The notes under the pieces were generated by a model. It made no database searches. It saw only the letters and a list, made by a program, of their open reading frames with translations, and was not told the origin of the DNA. From the NCBI GenBank assembly GCA_963713485.1, contig CAVQLW010000005.1:129887-193886 (forward strand): 64,000 bases of DNA. The letters are read 5' to 3'. Numbering within the stretch: the stretch's first letter is position 1; each line of letters begins with the position of its first letter. Origin of the DNA: Candidatus Dormiibacterota bacterium (GTDB lineage Bacteria; Chloroflexota; Dormibacteria; Aeolococcales; Aeolococcaceae). A program made the position numbers and the translations under genes. This document shows positions 17,982 through 27,362 of this stretch, one piece after another.

Positions 17982-19166
17982 ATGGTCGGCGTCGGTTCAC
18001 GTCACGAGCGTTCGTCGAACAGCGGCATCAGCCATTTCGTCGAGCACATGGTCTTCAAGGGCGGCGCCCGCTACCCGACGGCGAGAGACGTCAGCGAGGC
18101 GATCGAGGGCGTCGGCGGGGTCCTCAACGCCGCCACCGACCGCGAGGCGACCGTCTTCTGGACGCGGGTGCCCTCGGACAAGCTCGGTGTCGCGGTGTCG
18201 GTCCTCACCGACATGCTGATGGCCCCGGTCCTCGATACCGGCGAGGTCGTCAAGGAGCGACAGGTGGTGCTCGAGGAGCTCCGCATGTACCAGGACAACC
18301 CGCAGGACTACGTCCAGATCGCCTTCGACGAGGTGATGTGGCCCGATCATCCCCTCGGGTGGGACGTCGCCGGCCGCGAGGAGACGGTCCAGTCCTTCAC
18401 CAGCGAGGACTGCCGGTCTCACCTCCGGCGGCACCTCCAGCCGTCGACCCTCGTGGTGAGCGTCTCCGGCGGGTTCGATCCCGCCGGCACCTCCGCGATG
18501 ATCGACGAGGCGATCGGACCCTGGGCTGCAGCGCATCGTCCAGTCCCGGAGGCGGTGCTCCCGGCCACGCCTCCCTCAGGCCCGCCGCTGCGGGTCATCC
18601 GGCGCAGCGCCGAGCAGGCCAACATCCTGGTCGGCGCGCGCGCGCCGTCGTACAACGATCCCGACCGGCACGTCGCCGACATCCTCAACGCCGTCCTCGG
18701 GGAGGGGATGTCGAGCCGCCTCTTCCTCGAGCTCCGCGAGCACCGCGGGCTGGTCTACGACGTCCACTCGTTCGTCAGCAGGCTCTCGGACAGCGGAGTC
18801 CTCGGGATGGGCCTCGCGTGCGAACCGCGGAAGGCCGCCGTTGCGCTCGAGGCGGCGGTCGCGGAGCTGCGCAGGCTCGCGGAGGAGCCGGTCGGCGAGG
18901 CCGAGATGACCAAGGCGCGCGAGTACACGAAGGGGCGGCTCCTCCTCCAGCTGGAGAGCACGTCCGCGCTCTGCGAGTACGCCGGGCAGCAACTCCTCCT
19001 GCAGGGCAGGATCATCGAGCCCGAGGACCTGGTCGCCCGTCTCGAGGCGGTCGAGGCGGCGGACGTGAGCGCACTTGCGGGCCGCGTGCTCGCCGCAGGG
19101 CTGCGCGCCGCTGTGGTGGGACCGTTCCGCAGCGAGGCGCGCTTCGAGAAGGCGATCGCCGGTTGA
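17982..19166 (+). CDS. M16-family zinc peptidase (pitrilysin/insulinase-like); N-terminus probably extends to about 17892
   Basis: HFVEH (HxxEH zinc site) followed by MVFKGG. The in-frame upstream sequence STLAGGTRLTAVPLHGRASVAVAF matches the usual first strands of M16 proteins but has no ATG/GTG/TTG. Confidence 0.8.
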   Translation: MVGVGSRHERSSNSGISHFVEHMVFKGGARYPTARDVSEAIEGVGGVLNAATDREATVFWTRVPSDKLGVAVSVLTDMLMAPVLDTGEVVKERQVVLEELRMYQDNPQDYVQIAFDEVMWPDHPLGWDVAGREETVQSFTSEDCRSHLRRHLQPSTLVVSVSGGFDPAGTSAMIDEAIGPWAAAHRPVPEAVLPATPPSGPPLRVIRRSAEQANILVGARAPSYNDPDRHVADILNAVLGEGMSSRLFLELREHRGLVYDVHSFVSRLSDSGVLGMGLACEPRKAAVALEAAVAELRRLAEEPVGEAEMTKAREYTKGRLLLQLESTSALCEYAGQQLLLQGRIIEPEDLVARLEAVEAADVSALAGRVLAAGLRAAVVGPFRSEARFEKAIAG

Positions 19167-19191
19167 CGCGCGCGTGTCAGACTTGCGCGCC

Positions 19192-19647
19192 GTGAGCGTT
19201 GAACGCACCCTGGTGCTCGTCAAACCCGACGGCGTGCAACGTCGCCTCGTCGGCGAGGTGATCGGACGGTTCGAGCGCCGGGGGCTCCACCTCGTCGCGC
19301 TCAAGCTGCTCCACATCGACCGGGCCCTTGCCGAACGGCACTACGCCGAGCACGTCGGGAAACCCTTCTTCGAGGGGCTCGTCTCGTTCATCACGTCGGC
19401 GCCCGTCGTCGCCATGGTCTGGGAGGGCGTGGACGCCGTCGCGCAGGTGCGCGGGATGATGGGCGCAACCAACCCGTCGAATGCGGTCCCGGGCAGCATC
19501 CGCGGCGATCTTGCGGTCAGTATTGGCAATAACGTGGTGCACGGCAGCGATTCCCCGTCGCGCGGCGCGGAGGAGGTCGCGCTGTTCTTCGACGACGCCG
19601 AGCTCATCGAATGGAGCGGCGCCGATGCCGCATGGGTGAACGGCTGA
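19192..19647 (+). CDS. ndk: nucleoside-diphosphate kinase
   Basis: [24 protein letters not shown] (active-site His). GTG 19192 was chosen to match the usual N-terminus. Confidence 0.9.
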   Translation: MSVERTLVLVKPDGVQRRLVGEVIGRFERRGLHLVALKLLHIDRALAERHYAEHVGKPFFEGLVSFITSAPVVAMVWEGVDAVAQVRGMMGATNPSNAVPGSIRGDLAVSIGNNVVHGSDSPSRGAEEVALFFDDAELIEWSGADAAWVNG

Positions 19648-19666
19648 GCGCCTCCGGGCGCCACGG

Positions 19667-20449
19667 TCAATCGGCCGGCGGGATCTCCCGATCCTTCGCG
19701 TGCTGTGCCGCCGCGGTTCTGCGCAGGCGGCGGCGTCGCCAGCGCCACGATTCGAATGCGGCGATGCCGAGGGCGGGCAGCGCGAGCGCACCCGTCGTGG
19801 CGATGCCGAGTGTCGGTCCCGCGCCGAGGCCGCCGAAGTGGTCGAGCGGCCAGATCCGCAGGATCGCCTTCGCGAGGATGTTCTTCCTCGGGACGGGCCC
19901 GAACACGCGCGAGTCGCTCGAGTAGTTCCGGTTGTCCCCCATCACGAAATACTCGCCCGCGGGAACGGTGTACGGCGTCGGCGAGGACGACGCCTGACCG
20001 GTGGCGTCGCAGCAGTCCTTGAGCGTCGTCCAGGCCTGCGGCAGATACGGCTCGTTGAGCACCTGGAACGGCCCTTTGCCACCGGGTTTGATGAGCAGCT
20101 GCGTCGGCGTGTGGTCGCCGTTGATCTCGATGACGTCCCCGGGAAGGCCGATCACCCGTTTGATGAAGTCCTGTGACGGGTCGGTCGGCGGGATCAGGAT
20201 GACGATGTCGCCGCGCTGCGGATTGCCTCCGAAGTCGTAGGAGATCTTGCTCGCGAGCAGCAGGTCCTGGTCCTGCAGCGTGTTCATCATGCTCTGCCCG
20301 TCGACACGAACCGTTTGCAGCGCAAAGGCGATCGCCACGTAGAGGATCACCGCGATGAGGAGCACCTCGACGGTGTCGCGAATCCATGCTGCCCGCCACC
20401 ATGGCTTCGCCGGCACGGTCGATTCCGGGGGCGAGACTACCTGGGTCAC
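19667..20449 (-). CDS. lepB: signal peptidase I
   Basis: S26 boxes GQSMMNTL (Ser), FIKRVIGLPGD (Lys), YFVMGDNRNYSSDSR. An extra C-terminal hydrophobic and basic tail is present. Confidence 0.85.
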   Translation of the reverse strand: MTQVVSPPESTVPAKPWWRAAWIRDTVEVLLIAVILYVAIAFALQTVRVDGQSMMNTLQDQDLLLASKISYDFGGNPQRGDIVILIPPTDPSQDFIKRVIGLPGDVIEINGDHTPTQLLIKPGGKGPFQVLNEPYLPQAWTTLKDCCDATGQASSSPTPYTVPAGEYFVMGDNRNYSSDSRVFGPVPRKNILAKAILRIWPLDHFGGLGAGPTLGIATTGALALPALGIAAFESWRWRRRRLRRTAAAQHAKDREIPPAD

Positions 20450-20486
20450 TCGGCCCGATTATGAGGGGAATCCCCATCATGGGCTC

Positions 20487-22553
20487 GTGACAACGGCCCT
20501 CCGCCGCGCCGCGGCATCACTCGTCGTGGTCGGTGCGGCGCTGATGCTGATCCCTGCGGCGGCGTCAGCGCACGCGTTGCTGGCGTCGGCGTCACCCAAA
20601 CCGGGCGCCCACCTCGGCACCGCACCCGGCGTGGTCGTGCTCGAGTTCAGCCAGACACTCAACGCTCAACTGTCGCACGCGACGCTCACCGATCCGACCG
20701 GTCACCGATGGAACGGTGAGGTGGACAGCGGCGAGGAGATCCGGATCCCGCTCGCGACCAACGCATCGGGCGTCTACACGGTCGACTGGACGACGGTGAG
20801 CCAGGTCGACGGCCATCTCATCACGGGCAGCTTCACGTTCGACGTCGGCGTCGTGGGGTCGGGGTCGTCCCAGGAGGCGGCGAACGCGGTGCCGGGTCCG
20901 GCGGCGTCCGACATCGCCATCGGCACGGTCAAGTGGGTCGAGGCGCTCGCATTGCTGTTCCTGGTGGGGCAGGTCCTCGTCGGCGGGCTTGCGAGGCGTG
21001 CCCCGCCGCTCGAGTGGGTCCAACCACGGTTCCGCGCGGCGAGTGTCGCCCTGTCCGCCGGGCTCGTCGTCGTGTGGGCCGAGGCGACCGTCGGATCGGG
21101 TGGGCACAGCATCTCCGGATATCTCTCGTACTTCGGCGCAGGTCTCTCGGGTGCCGCGCTGATCGCGCGGCTCGGCTTCGAGGCGCTGGCATTGGTGGCG
21201 GTCGTGCGCGGCTGGTGGACGCTCCCCCTCTGGCTCGCCGGGGCGCTCGCCATGCTGGCAGCCGGTGGCCACGCCGCCGGAGTCCAGCCTGCGTGGATCG
21301 GCATCGGCCTCGATGCGGTGCATCTCGCTGCCGCGGGGCTCTGGGCCGGAGGGATCGCTGCGCTCGCCTCGGTACGGCCGCCCGGTGGCTGGCGGTCGTC
21401 AGAGGCTCGGGCTCTGATCCGCCGGTTCTCCCCGGTCGCGCTCGGCGCCTTCGGCGCGACGGTGGTCGCGGGCGGGCTCGAGGCGGTGATGCAGCTCGGA
21501 TCGGTGCAGTCCCTCGTCGGCACGGCGTACGGGAGGGTGCTCATCGCCAAGATGGCCCTGGTCGCGCTGATGCTGCCGCTCTCGGTGATGGCGTGGCGGC
21601 TGGGCCGCCCGAAGGTGCGCATCGAGGCCGCCATCGCGGTGTGTGTGGTGGCCGCGGCCGCCCTGCTCGCATCCTTTCCGGCGCCACCCAGCGCGGCCGC
21701 GGAGAAGGCGGCGGAGCTCGCCTCGGCCACGCCGAGCGCGGGGCTTCCCTCGCCGGGGGCGCTGACGATGGCAGGGCCGGCCGGCAGCGTGCTGGTCGGA
21801 CTGAGCCTCTCGCCGGGGAAGCCCGGTCCGAACCGCGCCCTCGTCTATCTGGTGCCGATCACCGGGACCGCCGCGGCCGCGGCGCTGCCCGCGAACATCG
21901 CGGTGAACGGGGTGTACAAGGCGCTCGGTTCGTGCGGCGACACCTGCCGCACGGCCACTGTCGACATCCAGTCGGGTGATGCAGTCGCGATCGACGTGCT
22001 CGGCGTCGGAGGCGGGGAGGCGAAGTTCGTCATGCCAAAGCTCCCCGCGCCCTCGGGGAGCGCGCTGCTGTCCCGGATGCAATCGGCGATGCACACGCTG
22101 ACGGCCTACCAGGCCACGGAGGTGCTGTCCTCGGGGATCACCACGATCAGGAGCGTGTACGCATCCGATGCCCCCGACCGCACCACGTGGACGGTGGGCG
22201 GGACCGGTCAGACGATCTGGATCGATACGACCCAGTACACGCGCACCGGCGCGAGCGACCCGTGGCACAAGGAGACCGACCTGCCCGCGAACACGGTGCC
22301 GTACTTCGTATGGGATTACTTCGAACCGTTGAGCGACGCGCACGTCCTCGGGAACGCCACGTTGGACGGAGTACCGACGACCGTCGTCTCCAGCTTCGGG
22401 AACAAGCAGGCCACCGCGATCTGGTTCACCTTCTGGATCGACGGATCGGGCCGGGTCCGCCAGGTGGAGATGGACGCGCCCGGCCATTTCATGACCGACA
22501 CCTACACGAGCTACGACCATCCCGTGGACATCGTGGCGCCGCCGCTCGGGTGA
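20487..22553 (+). CDS. copper resistance CopC-CopD fusion protein with large C-terminal extracytoplasmic domain
   Basis: Signal peptide ending AASAHA. CopC domain: HALLASASP...YTVDWTTVSQVDGHLITGSF. Then a multi-TM CopD-like region and a C-terminal soluble domain of about 280 aa. GTG 20487 was chosen as start. Confidence 0.8.
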   Translation: MTTALRRAAASLVVVGAALMLIPAAASAHALLASASPKPGAHLGTAPGVVVLEFSQTLNAQLSHATLTDPTGHRWNGEVDSGEEIRIPLATNASGVYTVDWTTVSQVDGHLITGSFTFDVGVVGSGSSQEAANAVPGPAASDIAIGTVKWVEALALLFLVGQVLVGGLARRAPPLEWVQPRFRAASVALSAGLVVVWAEATVGSGGHSISGYLSYFGAGLSGAALIARLGFEALALVAVVRGWWTLPLWLAGALAMLAAGGHAAGVQPAWIGIGLDAVHLAAAGLWAGGIAALASVRPPGGWRSSEARALIRRFSPVALGAFGATVVAGGLEAVMQLGSVQSLVGTAYGRVLIAKMALVALMLPLSVMAWRLGRPKVRIEAAIAVCVVAAAALLASFPAPPSAAAEKAAELASATPSAGLPSPGALTMAGPAGSVLVGLSLSPGKPGPNRALVYLVPITGTAAAAALPANIAVNGVYKALGSCGDTCRTATVDIQSGDAVAIDVLGVGGGEAKFVMPKLPAPSGSALLSRMQSAMHTLTAYQATEVLSSGITTIRSVYASDAPDRTTWTVGGTGQTIWIDTTQYTRTGASDPWHKETDLPANTVPYFVWDYFEPLSDAHVLGNATLDGVPTTVVSSFGNKQATAIWFTFWIDGSGRVRQVEMDAPGHFMTDTYTSYDHPVDIVAPPLG

Positions 22554-22634
22554 TGCGGACGGGCGTACCGCGCTGGCAGAATGGACTCCCACGCGGGACC
22601 CCTCCAGCGATCGATTTCACATGCGAGGCGAGAG

Positions 22635-23261
22635 ATGGCGCTGCTGACCCAGAACCCATACAAAGCACGGACGTTTGACCTGTCCGGGCTGACCGGCATC
22701 TCGGACAACACACTCGAGGTGCACTTCGGACTTTATGGCGGTTATGTCAAAAACACGAACCTGCTCAACGAGCAGCTCGTGACGATGCAGCAGGGTGGTC
22801 AGTCCGCGACGCCGGCCTATTCGGAGCTCACCCGCCGTCTCGGGTTCGAATACAACGGGATGGTTCTCCACGAGTGGTATTTCGGCAACCTCACCAAGGC
22901 GAGTGGTGGCGGCATCTCGTCGTCATCGCCGCTGGGCCGGGCCCTCGGCGAGTCGTTCGGTGACATCGACACGTGGCGCAAGGACTTCACCGCGATCGGT
23001 GGCATGCGCGGCGTCGGCTGGGCGGTGACGTACCTCGACACGGCGACCGGCCGCCTCAGCAATCACTGGATCACGCTGCACGAGGACGGCAACATCGCCG
23101 GCTTCAAGCCCATCGTCGTGATGGACGTCTGGGAGCACGCGTTCCTGCTCGACTACAAGCCGGCCGACCGTCCGAAGTACATCGAGGCCTTCCTCGCCAA
23201 CTTCGACGCCGACGCTGCGGAGGCGCGTCTCACGGGAGCGGCGGACCGGCCGGTCGGCTGA
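22635..23261 (+). CDS. Fe/Mn superoxide dismutase-family protein (divergent N-terminal helix)
   Basis: VMDVWEHAFLLDY matches the D-x-W-E-H metal-ligand motif. LEVHFGLYGGYVKNTN replaces the usual IHHxKHHxxYV. NGMVLHEWYF carries the second-His region. Confidence 0.6.
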   Translation: MALLTQNPYKARTFDLSGLTGISDNTLEVHFGLYGGYVKNTNLLNEQLVTMQQGGQSATPAYSELTRRLGFEYNGMVLHEWYFGNLTKASGGGISSSSPLGRALGESFGDIDTWRKDFTAIGGMRGVGWAVTYLDTATGRLSNHWITLHEDGNIAGFKPIVVMDVWEHAFLLDYKPADRPKYIEAFLANFDADAAEARLTGAADRPVG

Positions 23262-23283
23262 TCCCGACGCCCCGTGCGGGGCG

Positions 23284-24198
23284 TCAGAGCTCTGGGCCGC
23301 CCAGCTTCCGATAGAGGGCGTCCAGGTCGGTGTCGTCGGCCCAGTCGATGACGATCCTGCCGCCGCCACCCTTGCGGCGCTGCAGGCGGACGGGAACGCC
23401 GAGTGCCTGCTCGAGGCCCCGCCGCAGCGCGACGTCGTCGGGCGCGGGCGGTGCCGCAGCCGGAGTGGGTGTCCGGACCCGATCCGGCGCCGCAGCCTGA
23501 GCCAGTCTGTCCTGGATCGCGCGTTCGGTCTCCCGAACGCTGAGGCCGTCGGCGATGGCGGTGGCAGCCATCGTCTCCTGGTCGACGGCGTTCGGCAGCG
23601 CGAGCAGCGCCCGGGCGTGCCCGGCGGTGAGCTGGTCCGAGGCGACCGCCTCCTGGACCGGCGCCGGGAGGTTGAGGAGCCGGATGGCGTTGGTGATCCC
23701 TGAACGGCTGCGACCGAGCCGCAGCGCGATCGCCTCGTGGGTGAGCCCGAACGCATCGGCGAGCCGTGCGTAGGCGGCGGCCTCCTCCATCGGATTGAGG
23801 TCGGTGCGGAGCAGGTTCTCGGTGAGCGCCATCTCGAGCGCGTGGCGACCGGACTCGGCGGCCGGGCGGACGATCGCGGGGATGCTCGCGACGCCGGCGA
23901 GTTGAGCGGCACGCAGACGCCGCTCACCGGCCACGAGACGGTAGGCGTCACCATCGCGCTGGACGACGATCGGGTGGAGCAGGCCGTGCAGGCGGATCGA
24001 GTCACCGAGCGCTGTGAGGGCATCGGGATCGAACGAGTGCCGTGGCTGCTCGGGGTTGGGGGCGACGGTGTGCGGGTCGACGCTGACGAGCGGCGACTCC
24101 TCGCCACCGCCCTCGGGCTCGTTGGAGAGCAGCGCCTCGAGACCGCGCCCGAGCCCCCGGCGCCTGAAGGAGCGCGGCTGGCCCGCGTCGTCGGTCAT
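23284..24198 (-). CDS. parB: chromosome partitioning protein ParB
   Basis: GLGRGLEALL, NPEQPRHSFD, LVAGERRLRAAQLAG, then an HTH. ATG 24198 overlaps the parA stop. The upstream part of the track ORF is Arg/Pro-rich shadow sequence. Confidence 0.9.
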   Translation of the reverse strand: MTDDAGQPRSFRRRGLGRGLEALLSNEPEGGGEESPLVSVDPHTVAPNPEQPRHSFDPDALTALGDSIRLHGLLHPIVVQRDGDAYRLVAGERRLRAAQLAGVASIPAIVRPAAESGRHALEMALTENLLRTDLNPMEEAAAYARLADAFGLTHEAIALRLGRSRSGITNAIRLLNLPAPVQEAVASDQLTAGHARALLALPNAVDQETMAATAIADGLSVRETERAIQDRLAQAAAPDRVRTPTPAAAPPAPDDVALRRGLEQALGVPVRLQRRKGGGGRIVIDWADDTDLDALYRKLGGPEL

Positions 24199-25004
24199 GC
24201 CGGGCCCGGCACGCCGGCCGCCAAGAGCCGCTCGCCGCCATGGAGGCGGGCATCGAGGTTCGCGCTCAGCTGGCGGTATGCGATCGCTCCGCGGCAGGTC
24301 GGGTCGTAGAGGGTGATCGGCAGCCCGTGGCTCGGCGCCTCGCTCAGACGCACGTTGCGGGGGATGAGCGGGGTGAGGAGTTGATCCCCGAACCGGGAGC
24401 GCACCTCGTCGACCACCTGGTGAGCAAGCGCGAGCCTCGCGTCGAAGAGGGTCATGACGATGCCGGCGACGCCCAGGGTGGGATTGAGCTCCCTGCGGAG
24501 GAGTGCGAGCGTGTGCATCAGCAGCCCGAGCCCCTCGAGCGCATAGAACTCGCACTGGATGGGGATGAGCAGCGCCTGCGCCGCGACGACGGCGTTGACG
24601 GTGAGGAGCCCGAGGCTCGGTGGGGCGTCGATCAGCACGTAGTCGTCGTCGGTCACGTGGGCTTCGAGCGCGTACTGGAGGCGTCGCTCGCGGCGCGCCA
24701 GGTCAACCAGCTCGATCTCGGAGCCGGCCAGCGCGATGTCGGAGGGCACGATGTCGAGACCCGGCACCACCGTGGGGATCCTGGCATCCGTGAGGGCGCG
24801 GCCCAGCACGACGACGTCGTAGATGCTCGTCTCGACCCTGCTCCTGTCGATGCCGAGGCCGGAGGTCGCGTTCGCCTGCGGGTCGATATCGATGAGCAGG
24901 ACCTTCCGCCCCAGTTCAGCAAGGCACGCTCCGACGCTGACGGCCGTGGTGGTCTTGCCGACCCCGCCCTTCTGATTGGCAACAGCAAGGATGCTTGGTG
25001 GCAC
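24195..25004 (-). CDS. parA: chromosome partitioning ATPase ParA/Soj
   Basis: Deviant Walker A VANQKGGVGKTTTAV, LLIDIDPQANAT, VLIDAPPSLG. Confidence 0.9.
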   Translation of the reverse strand: MPPSILAVANQKGGVGKTTTAVSVGACLAELGRKVLLIDIDPQANATSGLGIDRSRVETSIYDVVVLGRALTDARIPTVVPGLDIVPSDIALAGSEIELVDLARRERRLQYALEAHVTDDDYVLIDAPPSLGLLTVNAVVAAQALLIPIQCEFYALEGLGLLMHTLALLRRELNPTLGVAGIVMTLFDARLALAHQVVDEVRSRFGDQLLTPLIPRNVRLSEAPSHGLPITLYDPTCRGAIAYRQLSANLDARLHGGERLLAAGVPGPA

Positions 25005-25229
25005 GGTGAGCGGCTGATTATGGGCGGATGGCTGCGCCCGTCAGCCTGACGGTGAGTTATCCCGTCTTTCCCCAGGGATCCGCACCGGCGCCGGGCACGC
25101 ATCCGAGTTGGATATGGGAGGACCAGCAGGCCGGCCTGTGGAAAACTCCCCTCGACCGCACCGAGCACTCTGGACACTGTTCCACGCCCAACTTGACGGT
25201 GAAACAACACCACGGCTACCGTTGACGCC

Positions 25230-25628
25230 GTGAGCGCCACCGGCGACCCGAGCACCGATCTCGCCGCCGGGGATGCCGGTGACGACCTCTCGACGGGATT
25301 CCTCCTGGGGCTCCTGGTCGGTGAGGGCCACTTCGGCGGCGACGGCCGGCAGCCCCAGGTGACGCTGCGCATGCACGTCCGCCACCAGGCGACCTTCGAG
25401 TGGCTGCGCAGCACCTTCCCGGGCAGCGCGCTCTACGGGCCCTACCATCACGGCGGGCGCTCGTACTACCAGTGGTCGGCCCGAGGCAGGTACCTCAGAG
25501 AACGGATCGTTCCGCTCGTACAGCGCCACCGGGACCTTCTCGACGCCTATACGGCCGACCGCTTCGACACCATGTGCGAGCGCTACGCGATCGATCGCCA
25601 GGGCTCCCTCCCGGCCTCGGGCGGTTGA
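25230..25628 (+). CDS. LAGLIDADG-type endonuclease-like protein, single-motif, free-standing
   Basis: GFLLGLLVGEGHFGGD aligns with the LAGLIDADG motif (acidic Glu in the GDG position). At 132 aa it is close to the size of homodimeric single-motif enzymes such as I-CreI. Codon usage is host-like. Confidence 0.5.
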   Translation: MSATGDPSTDLAAGDAGDDLSTGFLLGLLVGEGHFGGDGRQPQVTLRMHVRHQATFEWLRSTFPGSALYGPYHHGGRSYYQWSARGRYLRERIVPLVQRHRDLLDAYTADRFDTMCERYAIDRQGSLPASGG

Positions 25629-25652
25629 GCCCGCCCGGCTACAATCCGGACG

Positions 25653-26297
25653 ATGCTGGCTCCTTCCGCCCAGACCTGGCACCTCCTCGCTGCCGCACCA
25701 CCGCGCGAGGTCTTCGCGATCGTGGAGCAGATGATCGGCACCCCGCCGTACCGCTACGAGGTGGTCGGTGAAAGCGAGGCACGGATCATCGAGCACCGGC
25801 GCCGCGGCCTCTTCGGCCAGTGGGGGCGGCCGAAGATCCGCACCCGCTGGGTGCGCTGCCGTGCGGTCGAGGTCGCGGAGGGAACCTGGGTCGAGGTCGA
25901 AGCCAGCTCGGGCGGCGGCTTGATCTCGAAAGCGATGGGCAAGGCCGATCGCGGCCCGACGACGCGAGCGCTCCAGGTCATCCGCCTGCTCAGCGCGGGC
26001 GCCGGCGACGCGCGCACGGTCTACCGCGACCGCCGGATCCCACCCGGCCCGGTCACGCTCGTCGCCTCGTGGGCCGGGGTGCCGTACCGCCTCTTCACCG
26101 AACCCCGCCATGACGCCCCCCGTGGCCGCGAGATCTTCACCGCCACCGAGGTCGAGGCCGTCGCGGAGCGCCAGGGGGCCTTCGTGAAGGTCCGCGTGGC
26201 AGGCGGCGACGAGGGATGGGTCGAAACCGATCAGATCGTTCCGTCGCCGGCCGTCTCAACCCGCGAAGCGCAGATCCAGACGGCGCGTTTCACCTGA
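25653..26297 (+). CDS. hypothetical protein with possible C-terminal SH3-like domain
   Basis: 214-aa GC3-rich ORF. The C-terminal segment FVKVRVAGGDEGWVETDQIV resembles bacterial SH3 strands. Otherwise unrecognised. Confidence 0.5.
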   Translation: MLAPSAQTWHLLAAAPPREVFAIVEQMIGTPPYRYEVVGESEARIIEHRRRGLFGQWGRPKIRTRWVRCRAVEVAEGTWVEVEASSGGGLISKAMGKADRGPTTRALQVIRLLSAGAGDARTVYRDRRIPPGPVTLVASWAGVPYRLFTEPRHDAPRGREIFTATEVEAVAERQGAFVKVRVAGGDEGWVETDQIVPSPAVSTREAQIQTARFT

Positions 26298-26591
26298 TGA
26301 AGCCGGTGACAGGCTCGAGCCGCGGCTGTGCCGCGGTTAGCGCGAGTGCGTGGAGAGACCGCCGGGTGCGGCGGTTTGCGCCTCTCTCCGAGTGGTGACC
26401 TGGCTCCCTGCGGTCAGCTCTCCACCACAGCGCTGGTCGGGAAGGAGGTGGTACTCGAACAATCGGTCATGGGCAAGGGTCCTCCTTTTGCCTGAGTGCC
26501 ACGGCACCGTCTCCGCATGCGTCGTGGTCAGGGCGGGACGGGTCCGGGCCGAGAGACGCCTGGCAAGTGTATCCCGGTTTGGCGATACGTT

Positions 26592-27362
26592 GTGAGCGGC
26601 GCGCCGGATCGCTCCCCGCATCGTCTCGAGGACTTCCACCTCGGCGCGACGGTGCGCACCGCCGACGGGCGTCACGCGGGCAGCCTCGAGCGCGTCGTCA
26701 TCGACGGCGAGACGTGGGATCCCCGTGCGCTCATCGTCCGCGAGACCGAGTGGTTCTCGGGCAGGACGTTCGCGCCGGGAGCCGGGATGATGGTGGCGGA
26801 GGTGATCGTCCCGCTCGACGCGGTGGCCGGTGCGACGCACGACGAGATCCGTCTCAGCCTGGATGCGCGCGCAACGCGGCGGCTGCCACCGTATCTCAGC
26901 TACCAGTACCGCCCGGTGCAGCGCGGCAGCGCCCTGATGTACGCCGCGGCGCTCGCGGGAGGCTCACTCGGGGTGGGGCCGATGTTCCCGATCATCGACG
27001 AGACCGCGCACAAGGCGGAGGGAGATCTCGAGATCCGTCATGGCGAGAACGTCATGATCGGCCACGGCGGCGAGAAGCTCGGCACCGTCCAGGACGTGCT
27101 GTTCGATGAGGGCGAACTCGTCGGAATCGTGGTGCGCCCCAACGGGTTCTTCCACCACGACGTCGTCGTCCAGGTGCGTTTTCTCGACCGCAGCGACGAC
27201 CTTGCGCTCTTCGTGCGCATGACGCCCGAGGACGTCCGGAAGCTGTCGGAGTTCGACGCCGGCACGCTGACCCGTGGTCAGAGCGGCTGGCGTCCCATGA
27301 ACCCGGTGTCGCGCGGGTGGAAATATCCGATGCGCTCCTCGCCGAGCCGCCAGCAGAGGTAG
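26592..27362 (+). CDS. PRC-barrel domain protein (two PRC-like modules)
   Basis: LGATVRTADGRHAGSLERVVID and GENVMIGHGGEKLGTVQDVLFDEGELVGIVVR resemble PRC-barrel strands. GTG 26592 was chosen as start. Confidence 0.6.
   Translation: MSGAPDRSPHRLEDFHLGATVRTADGRHAGSLERVVIDGETWDPRALIVRETEWFSGRTFAPGAGMMVAEVIVPLDAVAGATHDEIRLSLDARATRRLPPYLSYQYRPVQRGSALMYAAALAGGSLGVGPMFPIIDETAHKAEGDLEIRHGENVMIGHGGEKLGTVQDVLFDEGELVGIVVRPNGFFHHDVVVQVRFLDRSDDLALFVRMTPEDVRKLSEFDAGTLTRGQSGWRPMNPVSRGWKYPMRSSPSRQQR

Noticed and set aside
25137-25145. Isolated DnaA-box-like TTTTCCACA (complement) upstream of parA.
   Set aside because: It is a single site with no neighbouring boxes, so it is compatible with chance.
25178-25206. 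parS-like half sites TGTTCCACG and GGTGAAACA upstream of parA.
   Set aside because: The halves are separated by 11 nt instead of forming the contiguous 16-bp palindrome TGTTTCACGTGAAACA. I found no full parS match anywhere in the window.
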